In this document: positions 18,000 through 26,622 of the stretch, in pieces
Position numbering within the stretch: position 1 is the first letter of the stretch
Layout of the letters: each line of letters starts with the position of its first letter
Assembly: GCA_965222375.1 (NCBI GenBank)
Contig: CBDCTZ010000016.1
Location: forward strand, 1,312,001 to 1,376,000
DNA length: 64,000 nt
Direction of reading: 5' to 3'
Origin: Polyangiaceae bacterium
Lineage (GTDB): Bacteria; Myxococcota_A; Polyangia; Polyangiales; Polyangiaceae
Program-made: the position numbers and the translations under genes
Notes under the pieces: model-generated
The model's input: the letters and a program-made list of their open reading frames with translations, nothing else
What the model was told of the DNA's origin: nothing
The model's database searches: none

Positions 18000-19949
18000 C
18001 TATTGCTCGCCCAGGGCCGCCCTAAGCTTCTTGGACAGGGCTGCGAGCTCGTAGGGTTTTTGGAGGAAGCCGGCCAGGCCGGAGTGTCGGAACTGCCGCG
18101 TGGATTCGGGTTCGCCGTAGCCACTGGATAGGATCACCGGAACATCACTGATCTTGCGGATCTCCGCATAGGCTTCTTCGCCACCCATCTGCGGCATTTT
18201 GAGGTCGAGAATGACGCACGCGATTGCCTCCGCTTGTTCTCGGAAGACGTTAACTGCCTCCTGCCCGCCCGACGCTGTCAACACCGAGAACCCGAGCCGC
18301 TTCAACATACGCTTTGCGATATTCCGAACGGCTTCCTCATCGTCCACCAACAAGATCGTGCCGCTGCCGCGCCACTCTGCGGTCGGGTTGCTCGAGCCGT
18401 GCCCTTCAGGCGCCGAGTGGCCCAAAGCTGGAAGTAGAACGCGAAACGTAGTGCCCTGGCCCAACTCGCTATCCACGAGGATTGCGCCGCCGTGTCCGCG
18501 TACGATGCCCTCCACTGCGGCAAGCCCCAACCCGCGCCCCGTGAACTTTGTAGTGAAAAAGGGTTCAAAGACCCTCGCCCGCGTCGCCGCGTCCATTCCG
18601 ACGCCGTTGTCCCTGACCTCGACGACGACGTAGCGACCCGCCGGCAGGTCCGCTACGAGCTTGGCGGCGTCGGGACTGTCGGGTTCCCAGTCCAGCGTAG
18701 ACGTGCCAAGTCGAATTGCACCCGCACCCTCGTCGATGGCATCGGCTGCATTGGTGACCAAGTTCAATGCGATCTGCCGCAGCTGAGTCGCATCCGCTCG
18801 AACCCTCGGCAGGCCTTCCGCCAATTCGTACTTCAGTTCGGCTTTTCTCGAGATGGCGCTGGCGAGCAGGCCCGACATGTCGCGCACGAGTGCGTTCACG
18901 TTGATCTCTTCGACCACGAAGCTGCCCTTGCCCGAGTAGGCGAGCATCTGATTGGTGAGATCCGCCGCGCGGCGGCTGGCCTTCCGAATCTCGAGGATGT
19001 ACGGCCGAACCGGTGAATGAGCGGGCAGCTCGATCAGAGCGAGATCCGCGTTGCCGAGTAGCCCGGTCAGGATGTTGTTGAAGTCGTGGGCGACGCCACC
19101 CGCGAGGATACTCAAGCTTTCGAGCTTCTGTGCCTGTTGGATGTGTCCTTCTAGCTTGCGGCGCTCGTCTTCGGCCCGCCTGCGATCCGTGATGTCTCGC
19201 ACGATGGCGAAGAACTGATCGTCGAGAATCGGAATCACCCGCGCCTCGAAGAAACGCTCACCCGTTGGCAAGGGAAGCGAGTAGTCCATAGAAAACACCG
19301 CGCGCTCCGCGGCTTGCATGGCGCCCTTCTCGAACTGCTCCGCGACGTGGGGCGGAAGCACGTCTTGCATGCGTCTGCCCAAGAACTTGTCTGGCGTCGT
19401 GAATAGATCGGAGCTTCGCCCTGCAATGAAGTCCAAGATGGTCCCGTCGGCGCCAACTCGGAAGCTCAAGTCCGGATAAGCACGGAAGAGCGCTTCCATC
19501 TCGGCGTTTTTCTGCCGGAGGGCTTCTTCCGTGCGCTTGCGGTCGGTGATCTCCCGCGAAACGCCCAGCACGCTGGACACTTTGCCGTCGGTACCCATCT
19601 CGGGGTGCAGCTTCAATTCAAAGAAGATGTGCCGGCCAGAGAGCTCGATGTCGAAGTCGAGGCTGCTTTCCTCCTTCGTCACGAACACCTTCTCGATGGC
19701 GCTTTCCCAAAGCTCGCATAGGCCTTCCGGGAACCCCATCTCACGGTGGGTCTTGCCAATGAATTGGTCCGCGCTCATGCTGGTCACTTTTTGAGTGGCG
19801 CGATTGACGTAGGTATGACGCCCACCGCGGGCGAAGCGCAGAATTGGATCGGAAGCGTTCTCTGCAGTGGCGTACGCTTCCGCGAGCTCCCGTTGCGCAG
19901 CATCGAGTTGCTCCAGGAGCTGCTCTTTCGTCAGTTCGTCGTTAGCCAT
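18000..19949 (-). CDS. Cytoplasmic PAS-PAS hybrid histidine kinase/receiver
   Basis: Two PAS/PAC domains, AHDFNN H-box, NLVTNA, DNGVG, FEPFFTTK, GLGL, receiver VDDE...DLKMP...KPY. Confidence 0.95.
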   Translation of the reverse strand: MANDELTKEQLLEQLDAAQRELAEAYATAENASDPILRFARGGRHTYVNRATQKVTSMSADQFIGKTHREMGFPEGLCELWESAIEKVFVTKEESSLDFDIELSGRHIFFELKLHPEMGTDGKVSSVLGVSREITDRKRTEEALRQKNAEMEALFRAYPDLSFRVGADGTILDFIAGRSSDLFTTPDKFLGRRMQDVLPPHVAEQFEKGAMQAAERAVFSMDYSLPLPTGERFFEARVIPILDDQFFAIVRDITDRRRAEDERRKLEGHIQQAQKLESLSILAGGVAHDFNNILTGLLGNADLALIELPAHSPVRPYILEIRKASRRAADLTNQMLAYSGKGSFVVEEINVNALVRDMSGLLASAISRKAELKYELAEGLPRVRADATQLRQIALNLVTNAADAIDEGAGAIRLGTSTLDWEPDSPDAAKLVADLPAGRYVVVEVRDNGVGMDAATRARVFEPFFTTKFTGRGLGLAAVEGIVRGHGGAILVDSELGQGTTFRVLLPALGHSAPEGHGSSNPTAEWRGSGTILLVDDEEAVRNIAKRMLKRLGFSVLTASGGQEAVNVFREQAEAIACVILDLKMPQMGGEEAYAEIRKISDVPVILSSGYGEPESTRQFRHSGLAGFLQKPYELAALSKKLRAALGEQ

Positions 19950-20097
19950 CTTTGACCGTACTCTCAAGCGTATCAAAAACCTCTATTAGCGTCCGGGTTT
20001 CCCCTTGCCACGGAGGCCGAAACCTATGCCCGTCGCTGAGCTCTAGTCTCCGCCGGCGGTCCTGGTTATTGATCGTGCCTCAGCGGGAGAACGCAAG

Positions 20098-20643
20098 ATG
20101 GACCGTGCCGAAAAGCTGCGACTGTATGAAAAGCTCATAGCAACGAACAAGCGCGCCGAGCGCAAGGGCGCAACCATGCCCTACACGTCTGCAAACGGGA
20201 ACATGTTCAGCTTCCTGCCGAAGACAGGTCGGGTTGCACTGCGCCTACCTACCGCGGAGCGCGAGGCCTTCCTCAAGAAGTACCGCACCAAACTCAGCGT
20301 TCAGTATGGGGCGGTGATGAAGGAGTACGTCGAGGTCCCGGATAGCCTGCTCAAGAAAACGTCAGAACTCGCCAAGTTCTTTGCACTCAGTGTGTCGTAT
20401 GCGCATGAGCTGAAGTCAAAGTCCACGACTCGAAAGAAGAAGGCGACCAAAGCGGCCGGCGGCAAGCGCGGTGCAGAGAAGAAACCGGCGAAGAAGACAG
20501 CCGCAAATAGACCCAAACGGAAAGCCGCTGCCGGACCCAGACGGAAGGCGACTAAAGCTGGAGCCTCCAAGAGAGGATCAGCCAAGGCGGTCGCGAAGAA
20601 GCGGACTCGGAAGAAGACAACGCGAAAGACGGCGAGGTCGTAA
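20098..20643 (+). CDS. TfoX-N-like domain protein with histone-H1-like Lys/Ala tail
   Basis: MPYTSANGNMFSFL...MKEYVEVP domain followed by a KKAT/KKTA-rich basic tail. Confidence 0.65.
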   Translation: MDRAEKLRLYEKLIATNKRAERKGATMPYTSANGNMFSFLPKTGRVALRLPTAEREAFLKKYRTKLSVQYGAVMKEYVEVPDSLLKKTSELAKFFALSVSYAHELKSKSTTRKKKATKAAGGKRGAEKKPAKKTAANRPKRKAAAGPRRKATKAGASKRGSAKAVAKKRTRKKTTRKTARS

Positions 20644-20650
20644 ACTCCCG

Positions 20651-21187
20651 TCAGCCCGAACTGCAGCGACCACCCGTGCAGCTGACGCTGCAGTCGGCGG
20701 GTCGGGCGCACTTCGTGGCGCAAGAACCGCCTGTGCAGTTCACGTTGCACTTCGCGCCGTCCGCGCAGTCGCTTCGACAATTGCCACCGCTGCAGTCTTG
20801 GGCGCAGGTTGCACCTGGCGCGCAGTCAACACGGCAATTGCCGCCGGTACATGACAGAGAGCAGCGCGAACCCGCCTCACAAATGTATTCGCAGTTTCCG
20901 CCCGCGCAGCTGTCGTTGCAGGTTTGGTTCGCCGCGCAGCGGAGTTTGCAGTTGCCGGCCGGGCAACCGCTTCCGCCGCCGGCCACTACGCTGACGCTGG
21001 ACGCGCCCTGCGCGTTGGACCCTGGTGGCGGCGCGTTGGCGTTGCCCTGGGCATTGCCACGGGCTCGCGCGTTGGCACTGCTTTGCATGCCAGCGTCTCC
21101 TGCTGCGTGAACGGTGCAGCCGATGGCTATCAGGGCTGCACCGCTGAGGACTGCATAAGAAACGATGGAGTTTGTTCTTGGCATCAT
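20651..21187 (-). CDS. Lipoprotein with 19-aa Cys-rich tandem repeats
   Basis: Lipobox AIGC; five or more repeats of C-x-GG[NS]C-x3-C-x5-C-x3. Confidence 0.75.
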   Translation of the reverse strand: MMPRTNSIVSYAVLSGAALIAIGCTVHAAGDAGMQSSANARARGNAQGNANAPPPGSNAQGASSVSVVAGGGSGCPAGNCKLRCAANQTCNDSCAGGNCEYICEAGSRCSLSCTGGNCRVDCAPGATCAQDCSGGNCRSDCADGAKCNVNCTGGSCATKCARPADCSVSCTGGRCSSG

Positions 21188-21391
21188 GACCAGAGTACTG
21201 TGCATCCTCCGTGCCGCCATCGAAAGTGGAAAAATGCCGCCGCCGAGGGGTAGTAGTCGTGCAGGTTTTGGTAGGGGAGTCCCCTCCATCTGGTCGGCTT
21301 TGCTCCACATCTGCGCGGGCCTAGGCACGTGCATTATCGCAGCTCGGGACCGGGATAATGCGTCTACGGACGCAGGTCTTCGCGCGCTAGC

Positions 21392-22186
21392 ATGACCACC
21401 ATGTCCGATAAGCTAACGGTCCGGACCGAGGATCATACCTTGGTCATGGCGTTCAACCGACCCGAGAAAAAGAACGCCGTAGACATCGACATGCTGAGCG
21501 CTCTGTCCGCGGCATACACTCGACTGGACCAGGACCCGGCGCTTCGCGTTGGCGTGCTGTACGGAGAGGGCAGCGTGTTTACTGCGGGGCTGGACCTGGC
21601 CTCGGCTCTGCCTCGTATGGCGGCGGAAGGCCCCAGCGCCTTTTTGGCGGAGGGGCACGTGGATCCCTTCGGGCTTTTTGCGGCTCCCTGCAAGAAGCCC
21701 GTGATTGTCGGGGTGCATGGTCGCTGTTACACGGCGGGGCTCGAACTAACCCTAGCCGCAGACATGTGTGTCGCGGCAGCAGGTACAGTTTTTGGCCAGA
21801 TGGAAGTCCGGCGCGGGATCTTCCCCTTCGGTGGGGCGACCTTACGCTTGCCGGAAGCGATCGGTTGGCACAACGCGATGCGCTACATGCTGGCCGGAGA
21901 CACCTTCAGCGCGGAAGAAGGCGTGCAGATGGGCCTCGTTCAGGTCTTGGCAGCGGAGGGAGAACACCTTCAGCAAGCGCTTAGCGTTGCCCAGCGGGTC
22001 GCGGACAACGCACCGCTGGCGATTCAAGCTTGCCTTGCGAACGCGCGGTTGGCGAAAAGTGAAGGCAGCGCTGCAGCGGTGGTGGACATCCAGGAGACTG
22101 GGCGTGTGATTGCGATGACCGAAGACGCGCGTGAAGGCGTCCTGTCTCTGGTGGAAAAACGCGCGCCGAGGTTCTCCGGGAACTGA
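21392..22186 (+). CDS. Enoyl-CoA hydratase/crotonase family protein
   Basis: NRPEKKNA, FTAGLDL, KPVI.GVHG...GLEL.LAAD, EVRRGIFPFGG. Confidence 0.92.
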   Translation: MTTMSDKLTVRTEDHTLVMAFNRPEKKNAVDIDMLSALSAAYTRLDQDPALRVGVLYGEGSVFTAGLDLASALPRMAAEGPSAFLAEGHVDPFGLFAAPCKKPVIVGVHGRCYTAGLELTLAADMCVAAAGTVFGQMEVRRGIFPFGGATLRLPEAIGWHNAMRYMLAGDTFSAEEGVQMGLVQVLAAEGEHLQQALSVAQRVADNAPLAIQACLANARLAKSEGSAAAVVDIQETGRVIAMTEDAREGVLSLVEKRAPRFSGN

Positions 22187-22233
22187 GCGGGCACCTCCCG
22201 GTGCTCGTCGTTTTTCTCCTACTGCCCTTTCGG

Positions 22234-22494
22234 TTACGCTTCGTAGTCGTCTTCTGCGATGACCGTTTCCAGCACGCCTACCAGTGCTTCCTTGGTCTTA
22301 GGCCCGGCCTTGCCGTCCACATCCAGGCCGTGCTCGCCTTGGAACTCCTTGACGCCGGCTTGGGTTGCGGGCCCGTCGATCCCGTCCTCTTTACCCGCCT
22401 CATAGCCAAGAGCGTTGAGAGCTCTTTGCACACCGAGGATGGTGTCGAGGTTGATTTGACCGAACTTTTCTGAGCTGTGAGCGAATTGAGCCAT
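22234..22494 (-). CDS. Stand-alone peptidoglycan-binding domain protein (PG_binding_1-like)
   Basis: VQRALNALGY...DGIDGPATQAGVKEFQ..HGLDVDGKAGPKT. Confidence 0.88.
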   Translation of the reverse strand: MAQFAHSSEKFGQINLDTILGVQRALNALGYEAGKEDGIDGPATQAGVKEFQGEHGLDVDGKAGPKTKEALVGVLETVIAEDDYEA

Positions 22495-22643
22495 GATGGT
22501 CCTCGGGATTGATGGGGCGCGTGGGTGATTCCACGTCCGCGCCAGATATTCCGGAAAGCGCCCGCGGACAACGAGCCAATCGAGCTTTCTGGGGCCGACT
22601 GGGGGGTAGGCCTCTGAGAGCCGAAAAAGCGACTCCCGCGCCC

Positions 22644-22686
22644 TTGACCTATCACTCGATAGACTTAAACTATCGAGTGATAGGTC
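22644..22686 (+). promoter_or_regulatory. Sigma70-like promoter overlapped by a tandem TetR-type operator
   Basis: Perfect 17-bp inverted repeat GACCTATCACTCGATAG-N7-CTATCGAGTGATAGGTC; TTGACC-N16-TAAACT. Confidence 0.8.
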
Positions 22687-22698
22687 GGAGGCGAATTG

Positions 22699-22980
22699 AT
22701 GTCGAATTCAGCAAAGAACGGCCCGGTCTCTAGGATGCCGATCCGAGCCTGGCTCGTACTGGCAGGGGCATGGCTTTTGGTGACTTTTCAGGTGATTGGC
22801 GGGGGACTGCTGGGAGTCGGCTTCATCCCCTTGGCGCCAGTGGTTTTGTTTGGCGGGGCGTGCCTGCTGTCTTCAGCGCATCAATACGCCGCGAACGCGT
22901 CACTTGCGGCTCCAGCGGAGGCGCTGGAAAAGGAACGCCGTGCCACCACCCTCAGCGCTCAGATCTCGCCAGCCGAATGA
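22699..22980 (+). CDS. Small two-TM membrane protein
   Basis: RBS GGAGG, two hydrophobic segments, directly after the operator. Confidence 0.65.
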   Translation: MSNSAKNGPVSRMPIRAWLVLAGAWLLVTFQVIGGGLLGVGFIPLAPVVLFGGACLLSSAHQYAANASLAAPAEALEKERRATTLSAQISPAE

Positions 22981-23596
22981 GCCGAAGCACGTCCCGGCGC
23001 GTCACGAGGAGGTGTTGGAAACCGCTCTCAATCTGATTGCGGAGCGTGGCGTCGCCGGTGCGTCACTGCGTACCCTCGCAAAGCAGTTGGGCATGAGCCA
23101 ACCCAGCCTGTACCACTATTTCCGCAGCAAGCAGGACCTGGTTTCTCAGATCGTCGAATACTGCACGGACAAGATGCTCCAGGTTCCTCCTCCGGAGCGG
23201 CCCTTGAACCGAGTGGAAGAGCTTCCCAGATTCGTCATGGAGGTTGTGTCCGAGCTTTGGGCAACGGAACGGCACCCGAAATTCGTTCGCTTCATGTTTG
23301 TCGTCGCCATCGAAAGCCCAGAGCATCGGGACGTGATCCGACGCACATTCGAAGATAGGTTGTACCCGGGCTTTTCTGCCATTGCCGGTGCGTTTTCATG
23401 CAATGAAGAGGAGCGCCGGGAACTCCAGGGGATCGTTTGGATGATCGTCTACAGTTTGAGCCTGGCACTCATGGAGCGTCGCGCCCTCTTCTACTCCACG
23501 GGTCACGAACCCGAAATCGCGGACCAGGCAGAGTGGATCGTTGCGGCGGCAGAAACCCTCCTGCGCGAGCGCGTGCTGGCGAAGCGGGCGCGGTAG
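22940..23596 (+). CDS. TetR/AcrR family regulator
   Basis: EEVLETALNLIAERGVAGASLRTLAKQLGMSQPSLYHYFRSKQDL; probable GTG start with AAGGA RBS. Confidence 0.92.
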   Translation: MPPPSALRSRQPNEPKHVPARHEEVLETALNLIAERGVAGASLRTLAKQLGMSQPSLYHYFRSKQDLVSQIVEYCTDKMLQVPPPERPLNRVEELPRFVMEVVSELWATERHPKFVRFMFVVAIESPEHRDVIRRTFEDRLYPGFSAIAGAFSCNEEERRELQGIVWMIVYSLSLALMERRALFYSTGHEPEIADQAEWIVAAAETLLRERVLAKRAR

Positions 23597-23630
23597 CCAC
23601 GTGCGACATTCGGCTAAGACCGACGCGCGA

Positions 23631-23924
23631 GTGAATCGACCGGTTGCCGGCGGCAAGGCGCCGGGCGTCGACCTTCGCACCGCGCTTGGTGCTTCAGGGT
23701 CCCTGGTGGTGGATTCCGCCAACGCCTACTTCGCCAACCGTGCAGCGAAGACGATCTCGAGAATCCCCAAAGCCGGTGGAAGTCCAACCGTGGTGGTCGA
23801 TCTGCCCAAGAGCACCAAGTATGAACCTGGAGACTTTGACGTTGACGCGAGCCATGTGTTCTTCGCCGCCATGGCCTCGAATGGTGCACCCCTGGCGGAT
23901 TTGATCCAGCGCGCCCCCAAGTGA
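23631..23924 (+). pseudogene. 3' remnant of a beta-propeller (DUF5050-like) gene
   Basis: LVVDSANAYFAN...ISRIPKAGGSPTVV...FDVDASHVFF blades resembling those of 27810-29117; only about 2 blades and no signal peptide. Confidence 0.6.
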
Positions 23925-23943
23925 ACCAAGTCCAGCTGAAGGA

Positions 23944-23965
23944 AGGGGCCCGCGGTTGGGCCCCT
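23944..23965. terminator. GC-rich hairpin, possible terminator
   Basis: AGGGGCCC-GCGGTT-GGGCCCCT; no strong U-tract. Confidence 0.4.
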
Positions 23966-24044
23966 CGTAACTTTGTGCCAGCGAGAAAGCGGTCTCTGGT
24001 TGGTGTCGCCGCCGATGCTGGGGCCGAACTGCTAGCGTCTAGCC

Positions 24045-24470
24045 ATGAGTCTAATTGCCCGCGCAGAGTGCAGCGTACCCGGTGCTCCCGAGTCCGTTGT
24101 TCGTCGACTTCCGCAACTGGCCCTACTTCATGCCAGCGCAATTCCGACCCATGTCGGGCCCTCAGCGCGCACTGCGGGCGGGAGATCGTCTGCGCATTCG
24201 AATCGACACGGGGTTTGCACGTTTGCCCACGCTCGTCGATGTCTTCAGCGTTGACGAGCCCGAGGAAGTCGTCTGGGGCGGTGGGAACGCCTTGCTCCAT
24301 GCACGCCACCGCTTCCGCTTCGAGGCCGTCGGCAACCAAACGCGCATCCCGACGAGGTCTGGACCGGACTGCTGGCTCGCCTTGGAGGGCCGGCTCGACG
24401 CATCAAGCATCAAGCCGAAGTCATCGGCCAGGCCCAGCTCGATGGCTTCGCCCGTTGGCTGCGCAGCTAG
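24045..24470 (+). pseudogene. SRPBCC/polyketide-cyclase-like gene with two frameshifts
   Basis: MSLIARAECSVPGAPESV / FVDFRNWPYFMP...HRFRFEAVGNQTRI / DEVWTGLLARLG...LDGFARWLRS-stop, with frame changes near 24097 and 24349. Confidence 0.75.
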
Positions 24471-25160
24471 CTACCAGCTCTCGCTTTGAGGTCGTAGGTC
24501 GATCTCGAAGGAGCGGGCGGAGGCCGGCTGCTGAGTTAGGTACCACGCGGCGTCTGCAATGTGCGCCGGGTGCAACTGCTCGGTGGCTTTGTCGGGTAGC
24601 ATTTCGGCGCTACCGATCCCGCCGTCGATGATCATCAGCGAGACATGGATACCCTCCGGGGCAAACTGGCGCGCCATGGATTGTGCAAGGCTACGCTGCG
24701 CGGCCTTGGCCGCAGCGAACGCAGATGTTTTGGGCTTGCCACGTAGAGACGCGGTGGCACCCACAAAGACGATGTTGCCCTGCTTCTTCTTGCGCATCGC
24801 AGGCAAGACCTCTTGAGCCGCTAGCAACGCTCCCAGGGCATTGATGCGCCAACTGCGTTCGAATTCAGCAGCCGTGACTTCGTCGACGCTTTTGAACACC
24901 CCGGACCCGGCATTGTAGATGAGCACTTCTGGGTCGCCGAGGTCCCTGCGTACTTCACCAAACGCTCGGGCAACCGCCGTGCCGTCCGTCACATCGCAAG
25001 CGTAGGCCTTTGCGCGGGGAAGCTCTGCGGCCAACGTTGCAGACAGATCCGTCGAGCGCGAAAGCATTGCAACGCTATAGCCGGCCTCTGCGAAGCGACG
25101 TACGAATGCCGCACCGTTCTTGGGTCCGATCCCCACCACCACACATACCGGATTTGACAT
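24471..25160 (-). CDS. Short-chain dehydrogenase/reductase (atypical)
   Basis: VVGIGPKNG, YNAG, GATASLRG, FAAAK (Phe in place of the catalytic Tyr). Confidence 0.92.
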   Translation of the reverse strand: MSNPVCVVVGIGPKNGAAFVRRFAEAGYSVAMLSRSTDLSATLAAELPRAKAYACDVTDGTAVARAFGEVRRDLGDPEVLIYNAGSGVFKSVDEVTAAEFERSWRINALGALLAAQEVLPAMRKKKQGNIVFVGATASLRGKPKTSAFAAAKAAQRSLAQSMARQFAPEGIHVSLMIIDGGIGSAEMLPDKATEQLHPAHIADAAWYLTQQPASARSFEIDLRPQSESW

Positions 25161-25266
25161 TCACCATGCATCGGACTGCCAAGCGGCGACGTCAATGCGC
25201 CGCGCTGCGACGTAGCACGTGGCCGGCGCAATTGGCCGTTGGGCCCGCTCGTAGCGGAGGCAAGGT

Positions 25267-26007
25267 TCAATTTGCCTCGCCGCAGCGAGCCAGCAGGGAT
25301 CGAACCCGTTGCCCCAAGGCGCTCTTCGCGTGCCTTCGGAGAAAACCTGTTCCGAGGGATCGAGCTTGGCCGCAATTACCCTGTGCGATGTGCGCCTCGA
25401 TGCGTACCAACAAGGCCTCCTGTCCAAAGCGGCCTCTTGGGTAGTCCCGGGCATAGCGATCCAGCGCGACGAGTGCGGCGGCAGCGTCGCCGGCGCTCAA
25501 CCGACCCCGTGCAGCATCGATCCGCGCGAGTTCTCGCGACAGGCTCGTTGGAGCTTCCGTTGCGCGTTTGGCTTGCCCCATCGGCGCTGATGGCACTGCT
25601 TGCGTGTTGCGCTGGCCTGGGGCCGGCGGTGCAGCCTCCACGATGGCCGGTTCCGAGGGCGGCGGCTGCGCAGTCCGCGCCACCTTCCGACTTGGCGTGA
25701 CGCCGCGGGGGGCCGACGTTGCTTCCGGGACGTCAGTTTGCGACACGAGCGGCGCGACCGCGTGTGCCGCCCCCATGGTCAGCATGCCACCCGTAGCGCC
25801 GATCCCCAGCCACTTGAGCCAGAAGCCCGTGGTCGAAGCGGCTGCGGCCGAACCCGTGCCGCTCACGGCAGTTGCCGCAGCGGCCACGCCGACTGTGGCG
25901 AGGGCGCGTTGCATCGAGGCTGAATCAGGCGCGTCTTGGCGCCCTGCGGCCAGTAGCGAGTGTGCAAGCCCGTCCCGGGTATCGATAAGGCGTTCGGGAT
26001 CGCTCAC
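25267..26007 (-). CDS. Putative anti-sigma factor with TM segment and C-terminal TPR-like domain
   Basis: DPERL N-terminus, TM, Pro-rich linker, ELARIDAAR...YARDYPRGRFGQEA; overlaps the ECF stop. Confidence 0.75.
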   Translation of the reverse strand: MSDPERLIDTRDGLAHSLLAAGRQDAPDSASMQRALATVGVAAAATAVSGTGSAAAASTTGFWLKWLGIGATGGMLTMGAAHAVAPLVSQTDVPEATSAPRGVTPSRKVARTAQPPPSEPAIVEAAPPAPGQRNTQAVPSAPMGQAKRATEAPTSLSRELARIDAARGRLSAGDAAAALVALDRYARDYPRGRFGQEALLVRIEAHIAQGNCGQARSLGTGFLRRHAKSALGQRVRSLLARCGEAN

Positions 26008-26588
26008 GCTGCACCTCCGGTCATTCTCTGGTTCAACCGCTCGATACGTACATCGAATACCTCGCGAGCTCGGCGAAGGCGCGAGGCCACCGTGCCCGTA
26101 GATAACGCTAAGCTCTCTGCAATCTCGGCCATGGTGAAGCCGTCCAGCTCGAACAACACGAAGACTGCGCGCAAGTCGAGGGGCATGGCGGCGAGCACTC
26201 CGTCCAAGAGCTCCCGGGCGCGCATTTGTTCCGTCAAAGCATCAGGGCGCGCTCGGTCATCGGCTAGTTCGTATAGAACCTCGTCGGGGACTTCACTGCG
26301 GCGCGCACGTGCGCGACGTGCGTCCGATGCCACACGGTACGTTGTTGCCATGATGAAGGCGCGCTCACTGCCAATCTTGATGTCGGACAGTCGTCGAGCG
26401 GCAATCCAGATCACCTCCTGAACGACGTCGTCCACATCGCATTCGGGCACGCCCAGCCGTCGAGCAAACCTCCACATTGACTGGAAGTTGCCCTGCACCA
26501 TGCCCCGCAGACGTGCCTCCTCCGAGGTGGTTGAGGGCTCCGCGCGGGGCATGACCTCCGCGCTCATGGTGACAGTCTGGGCCAACAC
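26004..26588 (-). CDS. ECF sigma-70 factor
   Basis: WRFARRLGV...DDVVQEV; RAVFVLFELDGFTMAEIAESL...GTVASRLRRAR. Confidence 0.93.
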   Translation of the reverse strand: MLAQTVTMSAEVMPRAEPSTTSEEARLRGMVQGNFQSMWRFARRLGVPECDVDDVVQEVIWIAARRLSDIKIGSERAFIMATTYRVASDARRARARRSEVPDEVLYELADDRARPDALTEQMRARELLDGVLAAMPLDLRAVFVLFELDGFTMAEIAESLALSTGTVASRLRRAREVFDVRIERLNQRMTGGAA

Positions 26589-26622
26589 GTCGATGGCTCA
26601 TGGGCGGAAGTCATCGTTTTGA

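Noticed and set aside
22796..22939. Long N-terminal extension of the TetR ORF
   Set aside because: It overlaps the small membrane-protein gene; a GTG with RBS at 22940 gives a normal-length TetR
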